A DNA stretch of 64,000 bases. It comes from Nanobdellota archaeon. Its GTDB lineage: Archaea > Nanobdellota > Nanobdellia > Pacearchaeales > GW2011-AR1. A model generated the notes under the pieces. That model saw only the letters and a list, made by a program, of their open reading frames with translations, was not told where the DNA came from and ran no database searches. This document shows positions 25,754-34,667 of the stretch, piece after piece. Made by a program: the position numbers and the translations under genes. Positions within the stretch are counted from its first letter, which is position 1; every line of letters starts with the position of its first letter. The stretch is taken from the NCBI GenBank assembly GCA_018830525.1, contig JAHJSH010000029.1, forward strand, positions 41,526 through 105,525, given 5' to 3'.

Positions 25754-26454
25754 TTATGAAAAAAATCTTTGAAAGAATTTTTGATGATGAAGTGCATGCT
25801 AATTTTTTGAAGTTTGGTCGAGGAGAATATAAGAATAAATATTTACTTGAAGGAAAAAAGCAGGTGAAGAAATGGGGGATTAAAGCAGGAGCAGAGTATG
25901 CGAATCTTTTAGTCAGAAAATGTTTAGAAAAAGTTAATGGACCTATTGCTGTCACTGGAGTAATTGTTTCGACCTTGGACTTAAGGGATAAAATTAAATT
26001 TGATATTAAGAAGGTTAGTAATTTTCAGGGGGTTCGGAAGCACGTGATTGACGGTGAGGTTGAGCCGGCCCAGATTTTTGAATTGATGGATAAATATCCT
26101 AAGGCATTTTTTGCATTGACTTTTAAAAGTGATGATTTTGTTTTGAAGATTAAACCTAAGGCTCCGGCAAGCGGGAAACCAGGTAAGGAAAAAGACGAGG
26201 GACCTGTTGTAGATTTTTGTTCTCTGAAAACAGGAGATAGAAGTCTTATTGATTATTTGTTTTTCGGAGTTGGGGAGTTTAGTGAAGTTAAGATTAACCA
26301 TACTATTAATGTTACAGAGATTGTTTATCCGGAGAATATTGAAGAGTTGAAACCGGTAGAAGTTCGTGAGTTGGCAAAGAGAAAAGGTGTTGTTACTCGG
26401 ACTGCTACGGTGGACGGTGTTCAGCAAGTTAGTGAATCTGGGTTTGTTGCTTGA
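25750..26454 (+). CDS. hypothetical protein
   Basis: ORF with its start supplied by the family-1 cassette; no family recognised. Confidence 0.45.
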   Translation: MVMKKIFERIFDDEVHANFLKFGRGEYKNKYLLEGKKQVKKWGIKAGAEYANLLVRKCLEKVNGPIAVTGVIVSTLDLRDKIKFDIKKVSNFQGVRKHVIDGEVEPAQIFELMDKYPKAFFALTFKSDDFVLKIKPKAPASGKPGKEKDEGPVVDFCSLKTGDRSLIDYLFFGVGEFSEVKINHTINVTEIVYPENIEELKPVEVRELAKRKGVVTRTATVDGVQQVSESGFVA

Positions 26455-26692
26455 ACCAATCCAACTTATCCCATTTTTCTAATGTTTTAATATGGCACTC
26501 GGCCTTGCATGCATCGGATTTGTTTTTGCATTCCTTAGATCTTAGGAGACATTTGAATTTTTTGTGGCAGACGTATTTGCTTCCCTTGCCTTCGGCGTGA
26601 GCTTTCATTCGTTTATCTAAGTTGTTTGTAACGCCAGTATAGAAAGAGCCGTCCTGGCATTCGAGAATGTAAACGAACCAAGATTTTTCCAT
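26429..26692 (-). CDS. GIY-YIG nuclease family protein with Cys-rich tail
   Basis: WFVYILECQDGSFYTGVTNNLDKRMKAH; ATG 26692 overlaps the upstream stop (TGATG). Confidence 0.75.
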   Translation of the reverse strand: MEKSWFVYILECQDGSFYTGVTNNLDKRMKAHAEGKGSKYVCHKKFKCLLRSKECKNKSDACKAECHIKTLEKWDKLDWFKQQTQIH

Positions 26693-27342
26693 CAGAAATC
26701 TAGACCTTTGCTTTTTGCACAAGCGGGACAAATTAATGCAGTGTCCTTCAGAGACATATAATATCGGTTCCCTTCTTCTAGAATGTTATTGAATTTTTCC
26801 CATCCCTTTTCGATAGTTAATTTTCCGGAAATCACTTCTTCGGGAACTTTTGAAGCTTTTTCCAGAAGGCCCATCCTTTTCTGGAACATTTTAAAATGGT
26901 ATAGATTGGGTTTTGCAGTTTTTGAAATGTTTTTCCCGCAAAGTTTGCATTTTTCCTGAGTCATTAAAAGTTCTTGCTCTCGGATCGCCCATTGAAGTTG
27001 GAAATCTGCATCTTGAATTAAGTGTTTGAAATTTCCGATTCCTCCGAATCTTTGAAAAGTCAAGATTAATTCTTCTTGGGGAGTGCCTTTGTTTTTTATT
27101 GTAATTTCTCCAATCTTTTTTGAGTATCTCCAAATCGGATATTTTCTTTCTTTATTGGGCATAGTTTTTGGCTTACCTATACGATACCATTTAAATCCAG
27201 TTTTGATTTTTCCAAGATTCATCTCTTTTTTTTCTTTAGACTTTCTTGCCTTTCGTTCAGTATTTTTTTTCTTCATAGTTTTTTCTTTTCTAGAAAGATA
27301 TCCTTCCTCTCCAGGGAGAATATCCGGGGTTTTGATGGCCAT
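26692..27342 (-). CDS. hypothetical basic protein with CxxC...CxxC zinc-ribbon/HNH-like motifs
   Basis: CKLCGKNISKTAKPNLYHF ... CPACAKSKG. Confidence 0.4.
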   Translation of the reverse strand: MAIKTPDILPGEEGYLSRKEKTMKKKNTERKARKSKEKKEMNLGKIKTGFKWYRIGKPKTMPNKERKYPIWRYSKKIGEITIKNKGTPQEELILTFQRFGGIGNFKHLIQDADFQLQWAIREQELLMTQEKCKLCGKNISKTAKPNLYHFKMFQKRMGLLEKASKVPEEVISGKLTIEKGWEKFNNILEEGNRYYMSLKDTALICPACAKSKGLDF

Positions 27343-27416
27343 GATATGTAAACGCGAATTTGTTTTATAAAGGTTGGCGTCGAAAGAGTTTTATATCCTG
27401 GAATCGTCGATAAAAT

Positions 27417-27800
27417 ATGAAAAAAGAGGCTCATAGTTGGATTAAAACTGCTGCGCGAGACATTATTGCGATTGGCGGGATTCCTTTTTTTATTTTAGTA
27501 TTAGTTAGAGTATATATGCTGAACAACCCAACATACTTTAGTCAGTTTGTTATTTCGGGAGTCTTATTTGTGGCACTTTTCTTTTTGTTTAAACAAAATC
27601 TTTACGCGGGATTGGGTTTGATTATTTTGACATTTACTTCGCTATATTATCAGGATTTGATGTATGTTATATTCGGGGTCGGTGCGTATGTTCTTCTTTT
27701 GGTTAGTTTGTTTTACCTAAAAGAAGATCTGAAGAAGATATTTTTTGGAATAGTATTTGGTGGGATTGGAATTGGAGTTAGCTTCTTTATTTTGGGCTGA
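27417..27800 (+). CDS. membrane protein
   Basis: ORF with 4 hydrophobic helices. Confidence 0.4.
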   Translation: MKKEAHSWIKTAARDIIAIGGIPFFILVLVRVYMLNNPTYFSQFVISGVLFVALFFLFKQNLYAGLGLIILTFTSLYYQDLMYVIFGVGAYVLLLVSLFYLKEDLKKIFFGIVFGGIGIGVSFFILG

Positions 27801-27846
27801 AATCGACCACAATAATCCTTATTAATATCTTCTAGGATTGAATTTT

Positions 27847-29013
27847 ATGAGAAAAGGTTCAGTTGATTGTTTGGTCGGATTGCAATGGGGTTCTGAGGGA
27901 AAAGGAAAAATTTCGGCTTATCTTGCGAGAGAATATAATGCGATGATTCGGTCAGGAGGACCCCAGGCAGGACATAGTTTTTATGTTGGAGATAAAAAAT
28001 TTGTTAATCGGCAAATTCCTTGCGGGGTGTTTAACCCGGATTGTTACTTTTATTTATCTGCGAGTAGTCTAATTAATTTAGATGTTTTGAATGAGGAGAT
28101 TCAGAGATATGGGATTTGCCCGGATAGGTTGATGATTGATAATCATGCTATGGTTGTGACGGATAAGCACGTCAAGTTAGAAGGAGAAAGAAAATTGAAA
28201 GAGAGGTTGGCTTCTACTCTTGAGGGAGTCGGTGCGGCACAGGTTGAAAAAGTTTGGAGAGAAGCGAAAGTATTTGATTCATATGCGAGCGAAATTCCAG
28301 AGCTATACTTTTTTTGCAATGATACCGAAAGTGCGATTGATCATCAGATACTGGCCGGACATACGATCTTGTTAGAGGGAACCCAAGGATTTGGTCTTAG
28401 TTTGAATCACGGAGATTATCCTTATGTCACGAGCCGGGATGTTACTTCTTCCGCGCTTCTTGCTGATGCGGGGATCGCTCCGAAGTTTCATGGCCAGACA
28501 ATTGGAGTTATGAGGACTTATCCGATAAGGGTTGGGGGGAATAGCGGTCCGACTGGGTCTGATGAATTGACTTGGGAAGAGATTGCAAAACGAAGTGGCT
28601 CACCAAAATCTATTTGTGAGTATACAACATTAACTGGAAGACAGAGAAGAATCTTTGAACAATCTTCTGAATCTTTGGAAAAGGCCGTGAAGGTAAACCA
28701 ACCAGACCAAATTGCTCTGATGTTTATTGATTATATCAATCATGAGGACTACGGCAAAAGCCAGTTTGAGGATTTGTCAGAAGAATCTCGGCGATATGTT
28801 TTTGAATTAGAGGATGAGTCGAATATTCCTATTACATTGATTGGAACGGGCCCTAAGACGGAGCATATTATTGATAGAAGGGAAGATTTTGAAAGGCGAA
28901 AAGCGAAAAGTAATATTCATAAGGAAATGAGATGGTTTTTTCCAGATAATTTTATGGGGACTGATTGGGAATCTGGTTATTGGAAAAGATATACTGAAAG
29001 GATGACAGCATAA
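27847..29013 (+). CDS. purA: adenylosuccinate synthetase
   Basis: GLQWGSEGKGKIS P-loop-like motif, GPQAGHS, EGTQGFGLS; ATG 27847 preferred over TTG 27838. Confidence 0.8.
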   Translation: MRKGSVDCLVGLQWGSEGKGKISAYLAREYNAMIRSGGPQAGHSFYVGDKKFVNRQIPCGVFNPDCYFYLSASSLINLDVLNEEIQRYGICPDRLMIDNHAMVVTDKHVKLEGERKLKERLASTLEGVGAAQVEKVWREAKVFDSYASEIPELYFFCNDTESAIDHQILAGHTILLEGTQGFGLSLNHGDYPYVTSRDVTSSALLADAGIAPKFHGQTIGVMRTYPIRVGGNSGPTGSDELTWEEIAKRSGSPKSICEYTTLTGRQRRIFEQSSESLEKAVKVNQPDQIALMFIDYINHEDYGKSQFEDLSEESRRYVFELEDESNIPITLIGTGPKTEHIIDRREDFERRKAKSNIHKEMRWFFPDNFMGTDWESGYWKRYTERMTA

Positions 29014-29015
29014 CG

Positions 29016-29172
29016 TTTAAATACCTTAATTTCTGATTATTTTTAAGGTTCCATCCAAAACTTAAATGTTTGGATGATGAGAATTTTGTGATTGGTTGGT
29101 CACGATAAAGCGCTTGAGTGCTATCAAGTTAATTATCCGATAGTTGAAACTATCAGGGACAAGAATATAAAA
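29016..29172 (+). promoter_or_regulatory. TATA box (TTTAAATA) plus structured leader of about 130 nt for the rpl3 cluster
   Basis: Hairpins CATCCAAA/TTTGGATG (29052-29076) and GATAGTT/AACTATC (29139-29154). Confidence 0.5.
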
Positions 29173-30117
29173 ATGACAGATAATAATGGAATACACAGTG
29201 GAAGTTTACAGTTTTACCCGAGGGTGCGAGCTAAGAAAATTATCCCGAGGGTGAATTGGAAGCCAGTTTCTAAAGAAGGTATTGGATTTATGGGTTTTGT
29301 AGGATATAAGGTTGGGATGATTTCTGTCTGGGTAAAAGATGATACTGAGGCTTCTTTGACAAAAGGTAAGAAAATTGTGGTCCCAGCAACAGTTATTGAG
29401 TGCCCGGCTATGAAAATTTATTCAGTTAGGTTTTATAAAAATAACAAGGTTATGAAAGATGTGGTTGTTTCAAATAATAAGGACTTGAAGAGGAGTGTGA
29501 AGATTCCTAAAAAAGTTGGGGAAATTAAGAACGATTTGGACTTCGATGATGTTCGTGTGATTCTGTATTCCGGGGTGAAGAATACTTGTGTGGATAAAAA
29601 TAGGGCGGATTTACTTGAGATTGGTGTTTCTGGTTCGGTTGAAGAAAAATTGAATTTTATCAAGGAAAAGATTGGAAAGGAAATTTCTATTACAGAGGTT
29701 TTCCCGAAAGGTTTAGTTGATGTTCGAGGGGTTACTAAAGGTTTTGGAACTAGCGGACCTGTGAAGCGATTTGGGATTTCATTAAAATCTCATAAGTCTG
29801 AGAAGGGAGTTAGAAGACCGGGTTCATTAGCTCCATGGCATCCTTGCCGAGTTACATTCAGAGCACCCCAAGCGGGACAGACTGGATACTTTAGCAGGGT
29901 TACCTATAATAGTTTAATTTTGGAAGTGGGAAAAATTTCTGAAAAAGATATTAACCAAAAAGGTGGATTTGAACATTATGGAGTTATTAAGACCGATTAT
30001 ATTATTTTGAAAGGTTCAATCCCGGGTCCACAGAAGAGGGGACTTGTGATAACAACTGCTATTCGACCAACTAAATCTACGGTTAAGAAAAAGTTCGAGG
30101 TGCTTGAGTTACGATGA
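29173..30117 (+). CDS. rpl3: ribosomal protein L3
   Basis: SGSLQFYPRVRAKK ... FMGFVGYKVGM; ATG 29173 preferred over TTG 29092. Confidence 0.9.
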   Translation: MTDNNGIHSGSLQFYPRVRAKKIIPRVNWKPVSKEGIGFMGFVGYKVGMISVWVKDDTEASLTKGKKIVVPATVIECPAMKIYSVRFYKNNKVMKDVVVSNNKDLKRSVKIPKKVGEIKNDLDFDDVRVILYSGVKNTCVDKNRADLLEIGVSGSVEEKLNFIKEKIGKEISITEVFPKGLVDVRGVTKGFGTSGPVKRFGISLKSHKSEKGVRRPGSLAPWHPCRVTFRAPQAGQTGYFSRVTYNSLILEVGKISEKDINQKGGFEHYGVIKTDYIILKGSIPGPQKRGLVITTAIRPTKSTVKKKFEVLELR

Positions 30118-30899
30118 AAACAAAATTAATTGATAAATCTGGAAAGGAAAAGGGCTCGGTAGACTTGCCTAAGAATTTTTCAGTTAGAATTCGAGAAGAT
30201 ATTTTGTCGAAGGTATTTGAGGCGCAGAAGGGAATTTATGCTCAAGCTTATGGTTCAATGGAAGGTGCGGGGGCTCAATATTCCGCATCAGGGATCTCTA
30301 GAAAGAAACGACATGCTTGGAAAGGAACTTATGGTAAGGGAATCTCAAGAATTCCTCGAAAGATCATGTCTCGACATGGAACTAGTTTTAATTGGATTGG
30401 TGCGACTGTTTCAAGTACGCGAGGTGGACGAAGACCACATGCTCCGCGAAGTGCGAAAAATCCGTTTAATAAGATTAACAAGAAAGAACTTTTGATTGCA
30501 TTTAATTCTGCGTTTGCAGGGACGGTAGATGCTAAATTTTTAGAGAAGAAATATGGCCAGAAAGTTGAATCAGGATTTGTATTTGAGGATAAAATTTTAG
30601 AAGTTAAGACTAAAGAATTTATTGTAGTAATGAAAAAGATTTTTGGTAAAGGATTTAGTACAGTTTTAAAGCATAAATCTGTTCGGGCAGGAATTGGGAA
30701 GATGCGTGGGCGAAAATACAAGTCTAATGCTGGAATGTTATTTGTCTTAGGAAATGAAGAGAAGATGAATAGAAAAGGGATCGAAGTTATCAATGTAAAC
30801 GATTTAACTGTTAAGGACTTGTCGCCGAATGGTGAACCCGGGAGATTAGTTTGTTATACTGAAAAAGCAATTAAAGAAATTGGGGAGAGATTTAAGTAA
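30114..30899 (+). CDS. rpl4: ribosomal protein L4
   Basis: Position after rpl3; QAYGSMEGAGAQYSASG ... RGGRRPHAP. Confidence 0.9.
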   Translation: MKTKLIDKSGKEKGSVDLPKNFSVRIREDILSKVFEAQKGIYAQAYGSMEGAGAQYSASGISRKKRHAWKGTYGKGISRIPRKIMSRHGTSFNWIGATVSSTRGGRRPHAPRSAKNPFNKINKKELLIAFNSAFAGTVDAKFLEKKYGQKVESGFVFEDKILEVKTKEFIVVMKKIFGKGFSTVLKHKSVRAGIGKMRGRKYKSNAGMLFVLGNEEKMNRKGIEVINVNDLTVKDLSPNGEPGRLVCYTEKAIKEIGERFK

Positions 30900-30900
30900 T

Positions 30901-31158
30901 ATGGGTAAAACAATAATTTTGGAAAAGGTAAAATCTACGGAAAAGATTGTTAGACAGATTGAAGCGGATAATATTTTGGTTTTTGTAGTTGACCGAGCTA
31001 TCAATAAGCCCGAGATTAAGACAGAAGTTGAAGATTTATTTGATGTCAAGGTTGCAAAGGTTCGGACACATACAATGAAGAATAAAAAATTGGCTTATGT
31101 TAAATTAAATGCGGAGTACCCTGCGGTTGATGTTGCAACTAAGCTGGGATTGATGTAA
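30901..31158 (+). CDS. rpl23: ribosomal protein L23
   Basis: ILVFVVDRAINKPEIKTEVEDLFDVKVAKVRT. Confidence 0.9.
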   Translation: MGKTIILEKVKSTEKIVRQIEADNILVFVVDRAINKPEIKTEVEDLFDVKVAKVRTHTMKNKKLAYVKLNAEYPAVDVATKLGLM

Positions 31159-31160
31159 AG

Positions 31161-31505
31161 ATGATTTCTGCTACTTCATTATGTTGTGGTCGTGTAATCT
31201 CCGACAGGGTAGAAAAGGGAATAGAAAGAATGATTGGGGATAATTTTGATAATATGGAGAAGGTAGTAGCAACACCTTACCCAAACAAAGAAGTTAAAGT
31301 TTTATCATTAGAACAACTACCTAAAAGCTATGGGTTTTATGATGATGAAAAAATTAGGGTAGATAGAGATATGAATAAAAGATATGGTGGGAAGATTAGA
31401 GTAGATTTTATTGAAAATTCAAAGCGTACAGGATTTATAAAGTTTAAAGAAGGTGGAGAAGGTTATGTTTATTTTGATAGGTTGTTAACGGAGGCAAAAT
31501 TGTAG
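31161..31505 (+). CDS. orphan ORF between rpl23 and rpl2
   Basis: Complete ORF; 2-nt and 1-nt gaps to the flanking r-protein genes; no family recognised. Confidence 0.5.
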   Translation: MISATSLCCGRVISDRVEKGIERMIGDNFDNMEKVVATPYPNKEVKVLSLEQLPKSYGFYDDEKIRVDRDMNKRYGGKIRVDFIENSKRTGFIKFKEGGEGYVYFDRLLTEAKL

Positions 31506-31506
31506 A

Positions 31507-32205
31507 ATGGGTAAGAGAATTATTTCACAGCGAAGAGGAAAGGGAAGTCATACTTACAAGACTAGAGAGAAAGCGGGGAAGTTTAGGCCCGGTTATAGTT
31601 CTGATGCGGAAGGAGAATATGAATGTATTAAGTTAACTGCTTCTCCAGGACATTCTGTTCCAATTGCTAAGTTTGCAAATAAGGAAGGAAAGATTTTTGA
31701 GACTTTCGCGGCTAATTTGCTTTATGTTGGTCAGAAGATTAATGTTGGTGGAAACAAAGTTGGGGATATTGCGAAGATTGGAGATTTGAAAAATGGTATT
31801 GAAGTTTTTAATATTGAACATAATCCGAAGGACGGTGGAAAATTCGTTCGAACTGGTGGAAATGCGGCAGTAGTTATGGCAAAAGAAGGAGATATCGTTA
31901 AGTTATTAATGCCTTCTAAGAAGGAGAAAAAATTTAATGCTAATTGTAGAGTCACTATCGGACGAGCTGCTGGAGATGGTAGAATGGATAAGCCAATTTT
32001 GAAGGCAGGTAAGCAGTTTCATATAATGAAGACGAAGTCAAAGTTATGGCCAAGAGTTTCTGCGGTAAAGATGAACGCAATTGATCATCCCTTCGGATCA
32101 GGTCGGGGAAAGAGAATGAAAAGTAAAATCGCTAAACGAAATGCATCACCAGGTAAGAAGGTCGGTTTAATCAGACCAAGACGAACTGGTAGGAAGAAAC
32201 GATGA
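31507..32205 (+). CDS. rpl2: ribosomal protein L2
   Basis: IISQRRGKGSHTYK ... IDHPFGSGRGK. Confidence 0.92.
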   Translation: MGKRIISQRRGKGSHTYKTREKAGKFRPGYSSDAEGEYECIKLTASPGHSVPIAKFANKEGKIFETFAANLLYVGQKINVGGNKVGDIAKIGDLKNGIEVFNIEHNPKDGGKFVRTGGNAAVVMAKEGDIVKLLMPSKKEKKFNANCRVTIGRAAGDGRMDKPILKAGKQFHIMKTKSKLWPRVSAVKMNAIDHPFGSGRGKRMKSKIAKRNASPGKKVGLIRPRRTGRKKR

Positions 32206-32269
32206 TAGCTCATCGTATCATGCGCCAATTTAATAAATTAAATGGACGAAAGAAACGGTAAATAATAAT

Positions 32270-32671
32270 ATGGCAGAATTAGTAAAGAAAAGCAAAGATA
32301 AGTTTTATCGAGGAAAGAACGTCAATGACTTGAAGTTGTTGGATATTCGGGAATTCGCTAAGTTGGTTAAGGCTCGAGCTCGAAGAACTCTTTTGAGAAA
32401 CTATGATGTTGTTGCGGCATTTGTTAAGAAATGTGAGATTAAAGATAGAAAGAAACGACCAATCAAGACGCACGATCGAGCATTAGTTATTGTTCCGCAG
32501 ATGGTTGGAAAATCAATTGGAGTTCATAACGGAAAAGAATTTGTTAAAGTTGTAGTTACAGAAGAAATGTTGGGACACCGATTAGGTGAATTCTCTATGA
32601 CAAGAAAAATAGCTAAACATACAAAGATGGGTATTGGAGCAAGCAAATCCACCTCATCTATGGCAAAGTAA
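32270..32671 (+). CDS. rps19: ribosomal protein S19
   Basis: GKSIGVHNGKEFVKV. Confidence 0.9.
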   Translation: MAELVKKSKDKFYRGKNVNDLKLLDIREFAKLVKARARRTLLRNYDVVAAFVKKCEIKDRKKRPIKTHDRALVIVPQMVGKSIGVHNGKEFVKVVVTEEMLGHRLGEFSMTRKIAKHTKMGIGASKSTSSMAK

Positions 32672-32672
32672 A

Positions 32673-33278
32673 ATGGTAGCACCAATAAGTGTACCCGTTG
32701 AATCGGGCAAAGAAATAAAGAAAATTGAAATCAAGAAAGTGGAAACTAAGCCAGAAACTAAGACGGCACCTGAAGGTGTACCTTCTGAAGAAGGCAAAGA
32801 AAAGAAAGTGGAAAAAGATACTAAGAAAGTTGAGAAGAAAGCTAAGGAAGTTCCTAAGAAAGAGCTAGCTGTTGCTAATGGATATTCTTTGAGGATTTCT
32901 CCAAAGCAATCTGTTTATGTTTGTAAGGTTATTCGGGGAAAGAGTCCCGAGGCTGCGATTGAGAGATTACAAGCAGTTATTGATGAGCGAAGACCGGTTC
33001 CAATGGCCGGTTTGGAAGTTGGACATAAGAAAGGGAAAGGTTTGGCTGGTGGAAAGTTTCCGAAGAATGCATGTCAAGGAATTATGGAAATTGTAAAGCA
33101 GGCTAGCGCTAATGCAGTTGTTGCAGGAATTGAGAACCCAGTTATCACAATCGCGAAATCTGACCGAGCATCAGCACCATATCGAAGAGCTGGTCGAAAG
33201 GCGAAGAGAACACATATGCATATTGAAGTTAGAGATAAAACTAAATTGTTAAAGAAGAAAAAGGAGAACCGAAGATAA
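32673..33278 (+). CDS. rpl22: ribosomal protein L22 with about 60-aa N-terminal extension
   Basis: YSLRISPKQSVYVCKVIRGK; the extension contains two family-3 modules. Confidence 0.88.
   Translation: MVAPISVPVESGKEIKKIEIKKVETKPETKTAPEGVPSEEGKEKKVEKDTKKVEKKAKEVPKKELAVANGYSLRISPKQSVYVCKVIRGKSPEAAIERLQAVIDERRPVPMAGLEVGHKKGKGLAGGKFPKNACQGIMEIVKQASANAVVAGIENPVITIAKSDRASAPYRRAGRKAKRTHMHIEVRDKTKLLKKKKENRR
32679..32712 (+). repeat. family-3 module in the rpl22 5' extension
   Basis: GCACCAATAAGTGTACCCGTTGAATCGGGCAAAG, encoding APISVPVESGK. Confidence 0.7.
32766..32799 (+). repeat. family-3 module in the rpl22 5' extension
   Basis: GCACCTGAAGGTGTACCTTCTGAAGAAGGCAAAG, encoding APEGVPSEEGK. Confidence 0.75.
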
Positions 33279-33372
33279 AATGATACATAAAATATTATGC
33301 AATGACAAAGTCCTTGCGGATCACCCGGTAGGTGATCTGGTGATCAAAAAACTTGGAGGTTTTTGCTAATGG
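33276..33372 (+). promoter_or_regulatory. long family-1 cassette with embedded family-4 element, filling the rpl22-rps3 spacer
   Basis: 97 bp identical, bar one mismatch that I found, to 39668-39764; ends in SD GGAGGT and ATG 33369. Confidence 0.8.
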
Positions 33373-34163
33373 AAGCAAGAAAATTTGTTGGCGTGAGAAA
33401 GGATGAATATAACATCAAGCAATTTGTAAAGCGAATGTTCGGAAAAGGGAAAGTTTCAAAGGTTCGAATTGAGTATACCCCTGTTGGAGAAAAGATTATT
33501 ATTTCTACACATAAACCGGGTTGGATTATTGGAAAGAAAGGGGAAAAAATTAATGAGTTGACGGAAGTTTTGAAGAAGCGATTCAAGATGGAGAATCCCC
33601 ATGTAGACATTGATGAGATTTTGCATCCAGAGTTTGATGCTCAGTTAGTCGCAGATGATATTGCATTGACTCTTGAGAGATTTGGAGCTATGAAATATAA
33701 GGCTTCGGCATATAGGGCTCTTGGTAGGATTAAGAATGGTGGGGCTCTTGGAGCAGAACTAAGAGTATCTGGTAAACTTCCAAGCGATCGGGCTCGAAGT
33801 TGGAGATTTGCATTTGGATATTTGAAGAAAACTGGAGACGCTGCAAAGTTAGTTGACCGAGCAGAATCAGTGGCACATACTAAACAAGGTGTTGTTGGAA
33901 TTAAGGTTGCGATTTTATCTCCAGGAGTTAAGATGCCTGATCAGATTATTATTGATGAAGAATTTATGAACGAAGTAAAAAAGAATTCGACTTTTGACGC
34001 CCAAAATGGGCATGACCCTGCTGGTCCCGAAGTTGAAGAAACTATACGCGCTTCGCAAGTACCCTCTTCGAGGGCAAAAATTAAAAAGAAAAGGAAGTCG
34101 ACACGTAATAGTGTACCCTCTAAGAAGGATTCTGACAAACCGGCTTCATCGGGCAAGAAATAA
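33369..34163 (+). CDS. rps3: ribosomal protein S3
   Basis: KH domain IISTHKPGWIIGKKGEKINEL; ATG 33369 preceded by GGAGGT. Confidence 0.9.
   Translation: MEARKFVGVRKDEYNIKQFVKRMFGKGKVSKVRIEYTPVGEKIIISTHKPGWIIGKKGEKINELTEVLKKRFKMENPHVDIDEILHPEFDAQLVADDIALTLERFGAMKYKASAYRALGRIKNGGALGAELRVSGKLPSDRARSWRFAFGYLKKTGDAAKLVDRAESVAHTKQGVVGIKVAILSPGVKMPDQIIIDEEFMNEVKKNSTFDAQNGHDPAGPEVEETIRASQVPSSRAKIKKKRKSTRNSVPSKKDSDKPASSGKK
34048..34080 (+). repeat. family-3 module in the rps3 C-terminal tail
   Basis: GCGCTTCGCAAGTACCCTCTTCGAGGGCAAAAA. Confidence 0.65.
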
Positions 34164-34164
34164 A

Positions 34165-34365
34165 ATGGCATCTGAAAAAAAAATACTAACAGAGAAAGAA
34201 TTGAACAAGAAAATTAAGGATTTGAAGATTGAAATATTAAAAAATCCGACGAAAAAGAAAAGCATTAAAAAGGAAATTGCGCGATTGTTAACTGTGGGAA
34301 ATCAAACTAAACTCGAAGGGGTCGCACCCAAGGGTGTACCCCAAAAGACTGGAGGTAGGAAATAA
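34165..34365 (+). CDS. rpl29: ribosomal protein L29
   Basis: KELNKKIKDLKIEILK; position after rps3. Confidence 0.85.
   Translation: MASEKKILTEKELNKKIKDLKIEILKNPTKKKSIKKEIARLLTVGNQTKLEGVAPKGVPQKTGGRK
34324..34356 (+). repeat. family-3-like module at the rpl29 3' end
   Basis: GCACCCAAGGGTGTACCCCAAAAGACTGGAGGT, encoding APKGVPQKTGG; its GGAGGT serves as the SD for the next gene. Confidence 0.55.
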
Positions 34366-34366
34366 A

Positions 34367-34666
34367 GTGGATATTTGCCCGAAGTGTGGATTGCCGGTTC
34401 CGGCATGTGTCTGTGGCGAGATTGCTAAGACACAACAGCAGATTGCTGTGACAACGGAAAAAAGGCGTTTCGGAAAAGTAAACACAATGATTAGTGGATT
34501 TGACGACGGCGTGAACATCAAAGACATCGCAAGGCAACTCAAAATAAAGAGAGCTTGTGGTGGTACGGTCAAAAACAAAGTTATCGAATTGCAAGGAAAT
34601 CACAAAGGACACATAAAACCAATTTTGGTTTCAATGGGTTTCAGTGAAGAACAAATAAACGAATAA
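34367..34666 (+). CDS. translation initiation factor aIF1 (SUI1)
   Basis: RRFGKVNTMISGF ... LKIKRACGGTVK; GTG start after GGAGGT. Confidence 0.8.
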   Translation: MDICPKCGLPVPACVCGEIAKTQQQIAVTTEKRRFGKVNTMISGFDDGVNIKDIARQLKIKRACGGTVKNKVIELQGNHKGHIKPILVSMGFSEEQINE

Positions 34667-34667
34667 A

